Shown in pieces: positions 50,700 to 60,135 of a stretch of 64,000 nt of DNA. Position 1 is the stretch's first letter, and every line of letters begins with the position of its first letter. The position numbers and the translations under genes are program-made. Source of the DNA: Nitrospirales bacterium (GTDB lineage: Bacteria; Nitrospirota; Nitrospiria; Nitrospirales; UBA8639). The stretch is taken from assembly GCA_965223295.1 (NCBI GenBank), contig CBDCWC010000003.1, forward strand, positions 1,088,001-1,152,000, given 5' to 3'. The notes beneath the pieces were generated by a model. The model saw only the letters and a list, made by a program, of their open reading frames with translations. It was not told the DNA's origin and made no database searches.

Positions 50700-52319
50700 T
50701 TACTGCTGGTTTCGGAAAAAGGCTGGCGTCTCATGATCCAATTGAAAAAGCGTGACGGGAGCTAAAGGATCGGAAAGATGACGGATGACGGTCTCTCCTT
50801 TCGGGCCTGGCTGAAACACATCAAACGCTTGGCCGTGATGGTATCGGCAACCAAAGGGTTCCAAATCTTGTTTGAGGCCTTCTGGCGGATCCCAATGGGC
50901 AGTCAGCAAAGCCGTTCGGGCTGGATTGCGCGCGCTAAACATAAACGACAAATGATCGGGATACCAATCAGCGCCCCCGGTCGCATAGGAGACAAACTGT
51001 TTGGCTTGCGCCGTTTGACACAACTCCGAGAGATAGCCATTGGTGAGAAATCCGTTTTCCCCCACATCCAACCATTGCCCTGGATGGGAAAGACAGGCGT
51101 AGGCTGCATAGCTTCGAACTTCTTTGAGTTGCTGCTGCGAGGCAAAGACTAATTGAATGGGACCGTATTTCGTAACCAATTTTTTCATCACTTGATTTTG
51201 CAATGCAGAACGGCCGTCATTGGTCGGACCGCTATCGGCATGGACCAACACATTCCGTCCTCGGTCCACAATGAGATAACAATTGCGTGGGAGTTCCACA
51301 TCACAGGGATCTTCTCCATAGAACGGGACCGATATCACTTCCACTTCGCCTACTTGCCAGGATTCCCCATGCGCCATTTCTTTAACTTGGGTAAATCCCA
51401 ACTCCCTGAGTAACGAGAGATAATCATAGTGAAAGGTTTTGCGATTGCGCCGACTGGGGACAATAATCGGAATATCTTTTGGCAGATGATAGAGCGTGCG
51501 GGGATCCACATGATCGTCGTGATCATGCGTTAAGAAGATCGCAGACGGCTTGGGAAGCAAGTTGGCCCACAGGGATGGCACTGGCGCTTCAGCAAACCAC
51601 GGCATAAGCCACGGATCAAACCACAGAAAATGTTCCTCGTGCCGAGACATGAGGGCCGCATGCCCAATATGGACAACATCTTGATCCCCAATGACCTGAC
51701 GCCAATGGTCTTCCAGCGTAGATTGGGACGAAATTGCCAGACAATCATGGTCCTGCAACAGGGTAAAAAAACGAAGGAGTTGGGATTCCAAATCTCGCCC
51801 GCTGGCTTGGGCCACGGTTTGAATTTCACTCATCCTGTGACGCCCCGTGAGAAAACCTAAAAAATGTCCGACCTTTGGGCCAATTGGACGATCGAACCCG
51901 AATGGAATGGCCTGGCGGGCTACCGCATTGAAAATGCGTAATCCGCCATAGGTCATTGTGTCTGAAGCCGAAGGGTTTTTGGGATAATTCCACTGAAACG
52001 TGCCATCAGGTTTCCGCCCACATTGAATGTGTTGTTGTAATTGAGGACGAGTGGCGACTACTTCAGCATAGGCATCTTCCAAACGACGCCGAGTCTGGAC
52101 ATCATCAATCGATGTCCTTTTCGCCATAATATCGCTGATGGCAGTCTCAATCCCACTCATCATCACTTCATGGACTTGATGCAGGCTACGCACCACCTCC
52201 GGGTCCACTCCCCCTAAAAAAGGAAACGGACCAGGCGGTTCAGCACTTTCGAGCTGAACCCATACCCAAGGGCTGAGTCCTACAAAGAGATTGGCATCAA
52301 TGGTATTCCATGGATTCAT
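50700..52319 (-). CDS. MBL-fold metalloenzyme with N-terminal extension
   Basis: GHAA, DPW, THDHDDH (HxHxDH), PFYGE and HADS. Confidence 0.8.
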   Translation of the reverse strand: MNPWNTIDANLFVGLSPWVWVQLESAEPPGPFPFLGGVDPEVVRSLHQVHEVMMSGIETAISDIMAKRTSIDDVQTRRRLEDAYAEVVATRPQLQQHIQCGRKPDGTFQWNYPKNPSASDTMTYGGLRIFNAVARQAIPFGFDRPIGPKVGHFLGFLTGRHRMSEIQTVAQASGRDLESQLLRFFTLLQDHDCLAISSQSTLEDHWRQVIGDQDVVHIGHAALMSRHEEHFLWFDPWLMPWFAEAPVPSLWANLLPKPSAIFLTHDHDDHVDPRTLYHLPKDIPIIVPSRRNRKTFHYDYLSLLRELGFTQVKEMAHGESWQVGEVEVISVPFYGEDPCDVELPRNCYLIVDRGRNVLVHADSGPTNDGRSALQNQVMKKLVTKYGPIQLVFASQQQLKEVRSYAAYACLSHPGQWLDVGENGFLTNGYLSELCQTAQAKQFVSYATGGADWYPDHLSFMFSARNPARTALLTAHWDPPEGLKQDLEPFGCRYHHGQAFDVFQPGPKGETVIRHLSDPLAPVTLFQLDHETPAFFRNQQ

Positions 52320-52338
52320 TTCTTTTTATTTCGTGAGG

Positions 52339-52372
52339 GGGCCGGTTGAAAAAAGCCGTCAGCGGCGTTCCT
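52339..52372. repeat. MITE-like repeat family A, truncated end
   Basis: GGGCCGGTTGAAAAAAGCCGTCAGCGGCGTTC. Confidence 0.55.
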
Positions 52373-52444
52373 CGTCTTCAATTGAAATGGGCAAGGATCC
52401 TCAAAAGTCTTTCTTCCTTCCTGCTTTTCACTTCTTACTTCTTC

Positions 52445-52852
52445 CTACAATTTGACTTGCGGCTCAAATAACACCTGGATAGTGTTGGAATCAGGATCGG
52501 CTAAGTAAAAGGAGAAACTGCCATCGCGATGCAGCTTTGGCGGCTGCACAATAGTTACACCTTGCCCCGAGACTTCTTGATACATGGCATTGACACTTTC
52601 CGGTGAATCCATCAAAAACCCCAAATGATCCAGAGGATGATGAGGTGACGGCACAAATTTCTCAAATTCTTCACTGGGAACTTGATGGAGCGCCAAATTA
52701 TCAACTCCAGTGCTGAGATAGACATTGTCCGAATCAGGTTGCCATACCACCTTCATGTCAAAGAGCCGCTCATAAAAGGCTTGGGAAACTTTGACGTCCT
52801 GCACTCGAAGCGCAAGATGGCGTAAACCTCGTGTTTTTCCTGTATGTTCCAT
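52445..52852 (-). CDS. VOC/glyoxalase family protein
   Basis: LRHLALRV, FYERLF, DHLGF and SFYLADPDSN.I. Confidence 0.88.
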   Translation of the reverse strand: MEHTGKTRGLRHLALRVQDVKVSQAFYERLFDMKVVWQPDSDNVYLSTGVDNLALHQVPSEEFEKFVPSPHHPLDHLGFLMDSPESVNAMYQEVSGQGVTIVQPPKLHRDGSFSFYLADPDSNTIQVLFEPQVKL

Positions 52853-53023
52853 CAAGTAGCTACCTTTCAGTATCTTTTCGCCAAACCTTTCTGCTTGCTC
52901 CTTGTCAAAGGTTTGGCATCATACCCAGGACCTCCGGAGGGAGCAAGTTCAAGATCGGATATGGTATTCTCTAGAAAAAGATTATTCATATTTCAGAGAA
53001 TGAATAGCACAGGAGTACAGGTC

Positions 53024-53893
53024 ATGCCCACATTAATGTTCCGACGAGTCCTACAAATCATCACCTGTGGACTGCTCATCATCACATTTGTTTCATATGA
53101 ACAAGTATTTGCCGCCTCCACGAAATTGCCGCCAACGCTGACTGGTAAAGATGGGGCTCCCATGGCCCTGATTCCCGAAGGCTCCTTTCACATGGGCGTT
53201 CCCCATGCAGCTCGGGACGGCGGTGTCGATGAACGGCCCAATCACGAGGTCTTTCTGAAGAATTACTATATGGATATCTATGAAGTGACGAATGGGCGAT
53301 ACCTGCAATTCGTGACAGAGACGGGCCATCGTGCCCCGCAACATCCCACCGATGAGACGAGGAATCTTTGGAAAGGGAATATGATGCCGGAATCCGTCAC
53401 CGACCTTCCGGTGATTAATGTAGATTGGTTTGACGCCGAAGCCTATTGTCGCTGGGCCGGGAAACGGTTGCCGACGGAAGCCGAATGGGAAAAGGCTGCC
53501 AAAGGGGACAATGACTGGCGCTTTGCTTGGGGTGATGTAGAACCCACGAACGAACATGCCAACTTTAATCAACTCGCCTGGCGTGGAGAAGCCACCTTAG
53601 TGCAGGTAGGGATCTATGAAAAAGGGAAAAGTCCTTACGGCATCTATGATGTCGCTGGCAATGTCTGGGAATGGGTTTCTGATTGGTATCAGGTGGACTA
53701 CTATTCCCATAGCCCCAAAGAGAACCCTCAAGGGCCGGCGAGCGGGACCTACAAAGCCGTTCGTAGTTCTGGCTGGCAGGGAGAGACTCCTCAAATGCGC
53801 GTGTTTACTCGAATCAAAAGTCTGCCCAACGATCGAAATGATTCGACCGGCTTTCGTTGTGTGCAAGACGTTCCCTCCCATACCTCGCCTTAA
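53024..53893 (+). CDS. Formylglycine-generating enzyme (SUMF1/EgtB/PvdO) family protein
   Basis: F.MG, YEVTN, PV..V.W.DA.AYC.W, RLPTEAEWEKAA, GNVWEW and GFRC; AGGAG RBS before ATG 53024. Confidence 0.9.
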   Translation: MPTLMFRRVLQIITCGLLIITFVSYEQVFAASTKLPPTLTGKDGAPMALIPEGSFHMGVPHAARDGGVDERPNHEVFLKNYYMDIYEVTNGRYLQFVTETGHRAPQHPTDETRNLWKGNMMPESVTDLPVINVDWFDAEAYCRWAGKRLPTEAEWEKAAKGDNDWRFAWGDVEPTNEHANFNQLAWRGEATLVQVGIYEKGKSPYGIYDVAGNVWEWVSDWYQVDYYSHSPKENPQGPASGTYKAVRSSGWQGETPQMRVFTRIKSLPNDRNDSTGFRCVQDVPSHTSP

Positions 53894-53905
53894 ATAAAGA
53901 TCCTG

Positions 53906-54766
53906 TTGTCTACTCAAGGCAAGAGCGGATTCCAAGGCCTCCGGGTTGGCGCGTTGGAAAGCCGAATGGCTTCCGAGATGGAACGGTTCATCATCCGCCA
54001 CGGCGGCATTCCTGTCGTAGCTCCCTCCATGCAAGAAGTTCCCCTCTCTGAGCATTCTCAAGCTCTGACTTTTGGCAAGACACTTCTTTCTGGGGAAGTT
54101 GATGTGGTTGTACTCTTGACCGGAGTCGGCTGTCGAACGTTACTAGAAATTCTAGAAACCCAGCATTCTCAGGAAGCCATTAAGCACGCACTAGAGAAAG
54201 TGATTATAGTCGTCCGTGGTCCCAAACCTGGAGGAGTGGTTAAATCACTTGGGCTCCAGGCGCACATTCAAGTCTCAGAACCAAATACTTGGAGAGATAT
54301 TTTGGATGCTCTGGATAAGAATTATCCAGACGGACTGGGAGGGAAAAAAGTGGCAGTCCAAGAATATGGAGTCAGCAATCCAGAATTATTAGAAGGGCTC
54401 AGAAGACGGGGAGCCCAGGTGACTCCTCTTCCGATCTATCGATGGACCATGCCCGATGATCTAAAACCTCTTCAACACCTGGCAAAGCAAATCCTCAAAA
54501 GTGAAATCCCCGTCCTTCTTATTACCAATACCGTTCAGGTGGATCATCTCATGAAAATAGTTCTAGAAAACTCAACCAGCAATCAACTCCAACCAGTACT
54601 GAAGCACATGATGATCGCTTCCATCGGCCAATTAGCTAGCGAGCGACTTCGGCACCATGGATTCCCGGTCGACTTAGAACCTTCCCATCCAAGAATGGGG
54701 ATCCTCGTCAAAGAAGCCAGCCAACAAGCTCACTCCATCCTAGAATCCAAACAACGATTCTCTTAA
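53906..54766 (+). CDS. hemD: Uroporphyrinogen-III synthase
   Basis: LESR, LTGVG, RGPKP, VAVQEYG, IYRW and ASIG. Confidence 0.85.
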   Translation: MSTQGKSGFQGLRVGALESRMASEMERFIIRHGGIPVVAPSMQEVPLSEHSQALTFGKTLLSGEVDVVVLLTGVGCRTLLEILETQHSQEAIKHALEKVIIVVRGPKPGGVVKSLGLQAHIQVSEPNTWRDILDALDKNYPDGLGGKKVAVQEYGVSNPELLEGLRRRGAQVTPLPIYRWTMPDDLKPLQHLAKQILKSEIPVLLITNTVQVDHLMKIVLENSTSNQLQPVLKHMMIASIGQLASERLRHHGFPVDLEPSHPRMGILVKEASQQAHSILESKQRFS

Positions 54767-54788
54767 CCGTATTTGGAGATTCCTTTTC

Positions 54789-54980
54789 TTGACGCCTGCC
54801 GTCCGCTTCTGGGATGGACGCTCCCATTACATAGCGGACCTTGTCTGAGCGCAGCGAGTTGGTCCGCCCTTCCTTTCTAGCGTCTATCCCTTCCGATAAG
54901 TCAGGACGGGGCGTCAATGGTTTTGGGTCCTTTTGCCGAAACAAAAGGGCCTCGACCGCCGGGACGAAACCCGGCAATTA
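54789..54980. repeat. Structured repeat family B, copy 1
   Basis: Shares TGAGCGCAGCGAGTT and TGGTTTTGGGTCCTTTTGCCGAAACAAAAGG..GACGAAACCC with 62930-63120. Confidence 0.8.
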
Positions 54981-55005
54981 TATTTTACGAACGAATAACT
55001 CCATT

Positions 55006-55507
55006 TCAATGCCCTAAATGCCAAAAATGGACAGTACCATTTTGTCTGTTAGTGGCCATGAAACTTTCTCCGCTGTTATCACAACGAAAAAATTTAAGAT
55101 GAGGATTAGTTGCTAGATCCCTTTCCATGTTGTGAACAAAACTAGAAAACAAATCTAACGTTCTGTTTCTTGGGAATACCACATTTTCTTTCTTCAAGGG
55201 ATGACATATTTGAAGGTTAAATTCATGGACTTTCAAATAAGTAAAGGTCAACCAAACTTGATTGGTGTCAATATCGTGAGAGGCATGAATATTCTTTGCT
55301 AAATCAGGTACCCAAAGTGGAATCCATCCACTCTGAAAAGCCTTTTTTTGAACCATCTCTTTATAGGAATCATAAAAAACTATAGGTCTTTCAATTCTTT
55401 TAAGAATGATGAGACTTTCTTTTAAGAATGATGAGACTTCCTAGGAACAACGACAAGATGACCAAGGTAGCAACCAGAATTCTTCGATAATAATTAGCCA
55501 TAGCCAT
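55006..55507 (-). pseudogene. AT-rich membrane-anchored hypothetical gene frameshifted by a 22-bp tandem duplication
   Basis: TTCTTTTAAGAATGATGAGACT occurs twice at 55395-55438. Removing one copy fuses the two ORF-track fragments in frame (..LIILKRIERPIVFYDSYKEMVQKK..). Confidence 0.75.
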
Positions 55508-55688
55508 CACTCTTGCTTGTCGTAATCTCTGGAAAATAGATATATATTTTCTCCTAATTTTAGAAGTCCTAGAATAAATATGGAGGATTGAGTTGCACAA
55601 ACAATCTTAATTTGGCCCACCTTTCCATATCCTGGTTCGATCCCAACGGAAAAGGCCAGACATTACTAACCTCTTTTAACATTCATAA

Positions 55689-56156
55689 CTAAAAAAGGAA
55701 GGGAATGATTCGTTTCGTTCGTAGCCTATACTCTTTATATGAAGGGAACCGCATCAGTAGAAGCTGTTCTTCATAGTTCAGTTTTACCCACAACGTCACC
55801 ACCAAACCTACCCACAAGATCATCCGAAACGGGAACGGATTCGCGAGCACCCACGCCAGCGTAATCAGCAACAGGCTGGTATACATGGGATGCCTCGCCC
55901 AACGATACGGGCCATGGACCACCAACCGTCCATGTTGAGGAATTTCCGGAAACGCCCGAATGTTTCCCAGACCCATGGCAAAAAAAGCCCATAGTCCAAT
56001 CACTCCACCCAACAACATCATTCCCTTTCCACTCCAATGGTTCGGCCACAAGGGTCCGGCCAATAGAATCAGACCTATCCACAAAAATTGTATGAGGACT
56101 AGCATGATAGACAACCATGAATGGGAGTTGCCTTGAGGATTAGTGAATTCCGTCAC
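55689..56156 (-). CDS. Isoprenylcysteine carboxyl methyltransferase (ICMT/PEMT) family membrane protein
   Basis: LVVHGPYRWARHPMY, EE..L...F..Y.EY and IP. Confidence 0.88.
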   Translation of the reverse strand: MTEFTNPQGNSHSWLSIMLVLIQFLWIGLILLAGPLWPNHWSGKGMMLLGGVIGLWAFFAMGLGNIRAFPEIPQHGRLVVHGPYRWARHPMYTSLLLITLAWVLANPFPFRMILWVGLVVTLWVKLNYEEQLLLMRFPSYKEYRLRTKRIIPFLF

Positions 56157-56207
56157 AAATCACCCTGCTTCATTAAGATCCACCTAAAATCTTCCGACGA
56201 CATAGTT

Positions 56208-56328
56208 GGAGCTGTTGAAAAAAGCCGCCAGCGGTGTTCTCGCCAGTTTTCCGTACCAATGCACTGAAGGTACATTCCGCGCGCAAAACTGGCTGCGGCC
56301 TAACTGGGTGGACTTTCTTGACCGACCC
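56208..56328. repeat. MITE-like repeat family A, copy 4
   Basis: GCTGTTGAAAAAAGCCGCCAGCGGTGTTCTCGCC...GGACTTTCTTGACCGACCC. Confidence 0.75.
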
Positions 56329-56404
56329 GATGCTTCTGGCAACCCACACCTTCCTGAGGAAATACGTCCATTGATGTCTTCATTATTCCACATTTCCTAG
56401 TTGA

Positions 56405-57586
56405 GTGGGGACCATGAATCAGACCGCTTCAAAACTCCACGATACACTTTTAGCGTCAACAAACTCAGCCGCGACGACCATAAGAAACACACTTCAAACC
56501 TCGGTCCTGAAACCGATCCTCCCAGCCGTATTTTTTTTCGCAGGTGTTACGTATGATTCTCTCACGTTAACACGCATTGACCGCCTCCTAGACAATCTCA
56601 TTCTTCTCCTCTATCTCGCGATCCTGGGCGTCCTCATCATTCTGACTGGCCGATTTCAGTTAGGTCTCATTCCTCCCGCGTCTGACAGAAATTCTTGGAC
56701 GGCCCTTTCCTTGACTCATCGCGCACAGCCTCATTTCGCTAAAGCCCTACAATTTTTCCTGGGAGGTCTCTTCAGTGCCTATGCCATCTTTTATTTTCAA
56801 AGTGCCTCGTTGTCTACTACCGCAATTTTTTTGGGAATAATTATTGGAGTTCTCATTGCCAACGAGTTTCTGCAATCGCGATATTCCAGTCTAAAAATGC
56901 TGGTCAGTTTGTTTGCACTTGTGACACTCAGTTTTTTCACATTTTTCTTACCTGTCCTCACGGGTTTGATGAACAGTGCGATATTTGTCATTGGGGCTTT
57001 CTTGACGGGCGCCATTGTCTGGAAGATAGTACGTCTCACACTTCAAGGCCTTCCTCATCTATCACGACATACAGCATTTTCGATAAGTTTCCCCGCGTTT
57101 GGAATGGTGACTCTCTGCATCATCTTGTATTTTTTAAATTGGATTCCGCCTATTCCTCTCTCGTTAAAATTCGGCGGCATCTATCATGGAATCGAAAAAC
57201 ATCAGGACGAATACCTCCTCACCTATGAAAAAGGTCCATGGTACGCAATGTGGAAACATTCAAACGATCGAATGAAAAGTGAAGCTCCGGTCTATTGTTT
57301 CTCTTCTGTGTTTGCTCCCGTCACCCTTCAAACAACTATCTATCATCATTGGCAATGGCGACCATTCAATACAACAGAATCCTTCATGACGACCGACCGC
57401 ATTCCTATCAACATTATCGGCGGCCGTGAAACAGGATATCGTTCGTACACCACCAAACAACGCGTCCAGACTGGCGAATGGCGTGTTGATGTTGAAACAG
57501 AAGATGGGCGAATCCTTAGCCGCATGACATTCGTGGCTGAAGAAAATTTTTCTCCCGAACATGAGCTGATGACAATCATACGTTAA
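56405..57586 (+). CDS. Multi-pass membrane protein with C-terminal DUF2914-like domain
   Basis: About 8 TM helices; IPPIPL, YCFSSVFAP, GGRETGYR and GEWRVDV. Confidence 0.75.
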   Translation: MGTMNQTASKLHDTLLASTNSAATTIRNTLQTSVLKPILPAVFFFAGVTYDSLTLTRIDRLLDNLILLLYLAILGVLIILTGRFQLGLIPPASDRNSWTALSLTHRAQPHFAKALQFFLGGLFSAYAIFYFQSASLSTTAIFLGIIIGVLIANEFLQSRYSSLKMLVSLFALVTLSFFTFFLPVLTGLMNSAIFVIGAFLTGAIVWKIVRLTLQGLPHLSRHTAFSISFPAFGMVTLCIILYFLNWIPPIPLSLKFGGIYHGIEKHQDEYLLTYEKGPWYAMWKHSNDRMKSEAPVYCFSSVFAPVTLQTTIYHHWQWRPFNTTESFMTTDRIPINIIGGRETGYRSYTTKQRVQTGEWRVDVETEDGRILSRMTFVAEENFSPEHELMTIIR

Positions 57587-57961
57587 AATTTTTCTAAACA
57601 TCACGAAAAATTTTTTCACAATCCATGTCGTGGGAAAATTCTTTTTCATTCTTCCCGCATTTTGATTTCAAACAGACTGAAAAAAATTTAAATTTTTTCT
57701 GGCAATAATGAAACAAACATTGTAGTATATTTCACATAACATGATGCAGAACAACCGAAACACATTCTTACCAATTAATTTTTCTCTCTTCATTACCCTG
57801 CAAAAGATGTTTGTGCCCTGTTCCAATAGAACAATCGAATAACTCTAGTGTGGTCTCATACATCATTGACAAGTTCATGTTTCACGGACAACAACTCATC
57901 ATCATTGTTGAGTCTTTACTGCGGCATCGAGTCGCATCTATTCTGAAAGGGGGTGAGTGCA

Positions 57962-58099
57962 TTGGCCACAAAGAAAAAAGCGCCAGCTAAGAAAAAAGCT
58001 GCCAAGAAGAAAGCGCCGGCCAGAAAGAAGGCTGCCAAGAAAAAGGCACCGGCTAGAAAGAAAGCAACAAAGAAAAAAGCTGCTACGAAAAAGCGGTAG
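57962..58099 (+). CDS. Histone H1-like Lys/Ala/Pro-rich small basic protein (45 aa; absent from the ORF track)
   Basis: GAAAGGGGGTG RBS, TTG start, MATKKKAPAKKKAAKKKAPARKKAAKKKAPARKKATKKKAATKKR*, followed by a terminator. Confidence 0.8.
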   Translation: MATKKKAPAKKKAAKKKAPARKKAAKKKAPARKKATKKKAATKKR

Positions 58100-58117
58100 A
58101 TTCTTCTGTTGCGCTGG

Positions 58118-58157
58118 AAAAACGCCGGATGGAGCGTGCTCCATCCGGCGTTTTTTT
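58118..58157 (+). terminator. Rho-independent terminator
   Basis: AAAAACGCCGGATGGAGC-GT-GCTCCATCCGGCG followed by T7. Confidence 0.88.
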
Positions 58158-58360
58158 ACCTATTTCCTCTCTTTCTAGTTCAGTCAGCCGATGCACCGAA
58201 TAGACCTGCCCCTCGGCCGGCTTCCGTCACAATATCATTTCAATTGTATTTGTGCCCTACCAACTCTTGACGGCACGAACATCTACCTGAAATGATCAAA
58301 AACGACTGAGAATTTTAGATTTTATTGTTACGTTCTTGTTTGAGAAGGAAAGGTGTATTC

Positions 58361-59212
58361 ATGTCACACATGATTATTTCGATCTTGATGATGCTCACAT
58401 TTACCCAACTAGTATTGGGATTCGCGTTACCATCAGCTTGGGCAGCAGATTCACCTAAAGATGCGGCTAAACAGTCTGCTTCAGCTATGCAACGTCAAGC
58501 GAACGAAGAATTGGCCACTCTTCGGAAGAAACCTGAAGAATTTCGCACCTTGGTGACGGGTATACAGATATTCTTAGGACGATTCGGATATGGAGTTGGA
58601 CCATTCACGGGGGAACTTGATGAGAAAACCAAGCAAGCCTTAACCGCCTATCAAAAAAAAACGGGATTGTCGGTTACCGGAGACATCAACTTTGAAACCT
58701 TACAACGGTTAACTGAGGACGATCAGGTCCTCAACAGGATTGTTCCCTATCTTCCTCCTATCCAGGCTCGCAAGGAGGAATGGGAAAAATGGATCGATGT
58801 GAAGGGAAGTTGGATGCTCAAAGAAGGCAATACGGACGATGTCTTGCATACCTCAAGAATTACGTGCATGCAAGAATTTCAACGCTGTATTAATTCCACC
58901 GCTTCGTTAGTGAACGGACCATCACCAAAACTGATGGTCCATACCCATGTGTATGATGTGAAAGAATGGGATGAGAATAAAATTGTCTCGCATCCCTATG
59001 ATGGGGAAGCCTGCGCAGTGAGCATCCTTCGCATTTCCAAAAAACCTCTGCTGGCAACCCGGTTCGTGTCACTGAAAAGCAGTCCAGGTCCCTGTTCCAA
59101 GGTCAAGCCTGAAGACCGGCAATATGTTCTGGATGACGGGACGAAGGTCTATCAAGCGCTGAAGATACAAAAATCCAATGCCATCAAAGAAATTTTGCAG
59201 GTTGCCCAATAA
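58361..59212 (+). CDS. Exported protein with a peptidoglycan-binding (PG_binding_1) domain
   Basis: IQ.FL.RFGY..G...G.LD.KT..AL.AYQ...GL..TG; AAGGAAAGG RBS. Confidence 0.75.
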   Translation: MSHMIISILMMLTFTQLVLGFALPSAWAADSPKDAAKQSASAMQRQANEELATLRKKPEEFRTLVTGIQIFLGRFGYGVGPFTGELDEKTKQALTAYQKKTGLSVTGDINFETLQRLTEDDQVLNRIVPYLPPIQARKEEWEKWIDVKGSWMLKEGNTDDVLHTSRITCMQEFQRCINSTASLVNGPSPKLMVHTHVYDVKEWDENKIVSHPYDGEACAVSILRISKKPLLATRFVSLKSSPGPCSKVKPEDRQYVLDDGTKVYQALKIQKSNAIKEILQVAQ

Positions 59213-59457
59213 GTAAGTGAGGAGTGAAAAGTAAGAAGTAAAAAGAGCTGATTTGTGGGAAATGGAGAATAGCCTAGGAAGTCATTCTCGCGTTACCAAG
59301 CTTTTGATCCTTCACTTACGACTTCAACGCGGGAATCTAACATTCCCAGCTCTTACAGAGAAAAGGCTGATGCTTCCCCGATTGACAAGTAATCAGAAAT
59401 TACGACTGGGGGAATCTCTCTCATTTGACGTTTCACGCCTCAGAGTTTTCCACCTGG

Positions 59458-59805
59458 TTATCCTTTTCCACGGTAGACCCAAGAAAAATACAAGCCTGCG
59501 ACAGCTATCGTAAACAATTGAATAGTATGAAGGATGGGACTACGAAGCGCTCCTTCTGAAGGAGGAGAAAGAATAAAATGAAATCCTAGAAATTCCGGAG
59601 TTTGGTCTAATGGCGTTTGCCACGGAGGAAAGAGGACGGCCAGAATCAACATTCCAACCATGATATACAGAATTCGCAGATTCAACGACTCATGTTGAGG
59701 CTCCAGCTTTGACGGGCGATCTGCCCGATTGCCACATTTTGGGCAAAACCGACCATTCACGGAAAGCTCATTGCCACAGAACGAACAGGGTTTTGTCACA
59801 CTCAT
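59458..59805 (-). CDS. Zinc-ribbon membrane protein
   Basis: CSFCG..FCPKCG followed by two TM helices. Confidence 0.7.
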   Translation of the reverse strand: MSVTKPCSFCGNELSVNGRFCPKCGNRADRPSKLEPQHESLNLRILYIMVGMLILAVLFPPWQTPLDQTPEFLGFHFILSPPSEGALRSPILHTIQLFTIAVAGLYFSWVYRGKG

Positions 59806-60135
59806 GATCTGGCCGACTTTCTTCACAACACACCCTAACAGAGCCAACGTTAACCATTCAGGGAGTGTTGATAGACTTCGCCTTAGATTCACACTGAACG
59901 CCGATCCAATTTTCCTGATTTTCTCATCGATCCTGTAGTATATCCTCAAAGAAACATTTGACCAATTTCATTTTCATTTCTATAATTTATCCAAGACTAT
60001 CACCTCCTCTTCTTCTTTACACCACGATGGCACACCTCACCTCACTTTGACCACGGCTTTTCTCCATCGACTCATTACTCAACTGGGTTATCCAGTCCAT
60101 CGTTTCCTCTTGTACTTACAGTTGAAGGACCAATC

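Noticed and set aside
54789-54980. Hammerhead ribozyme in repeat family B (CTGAG...GAAAC)
   Set aside because: The CUGANGA core and the required stem II spacing are absent.
57957-58178. 73-aa Arg-rich ORF (and the 68-aa antisense ORF)
   Set aside because: These are alternative frames of the H1-like gene. The 73-aa frame runs through the terminator and starts too close to the RBS.
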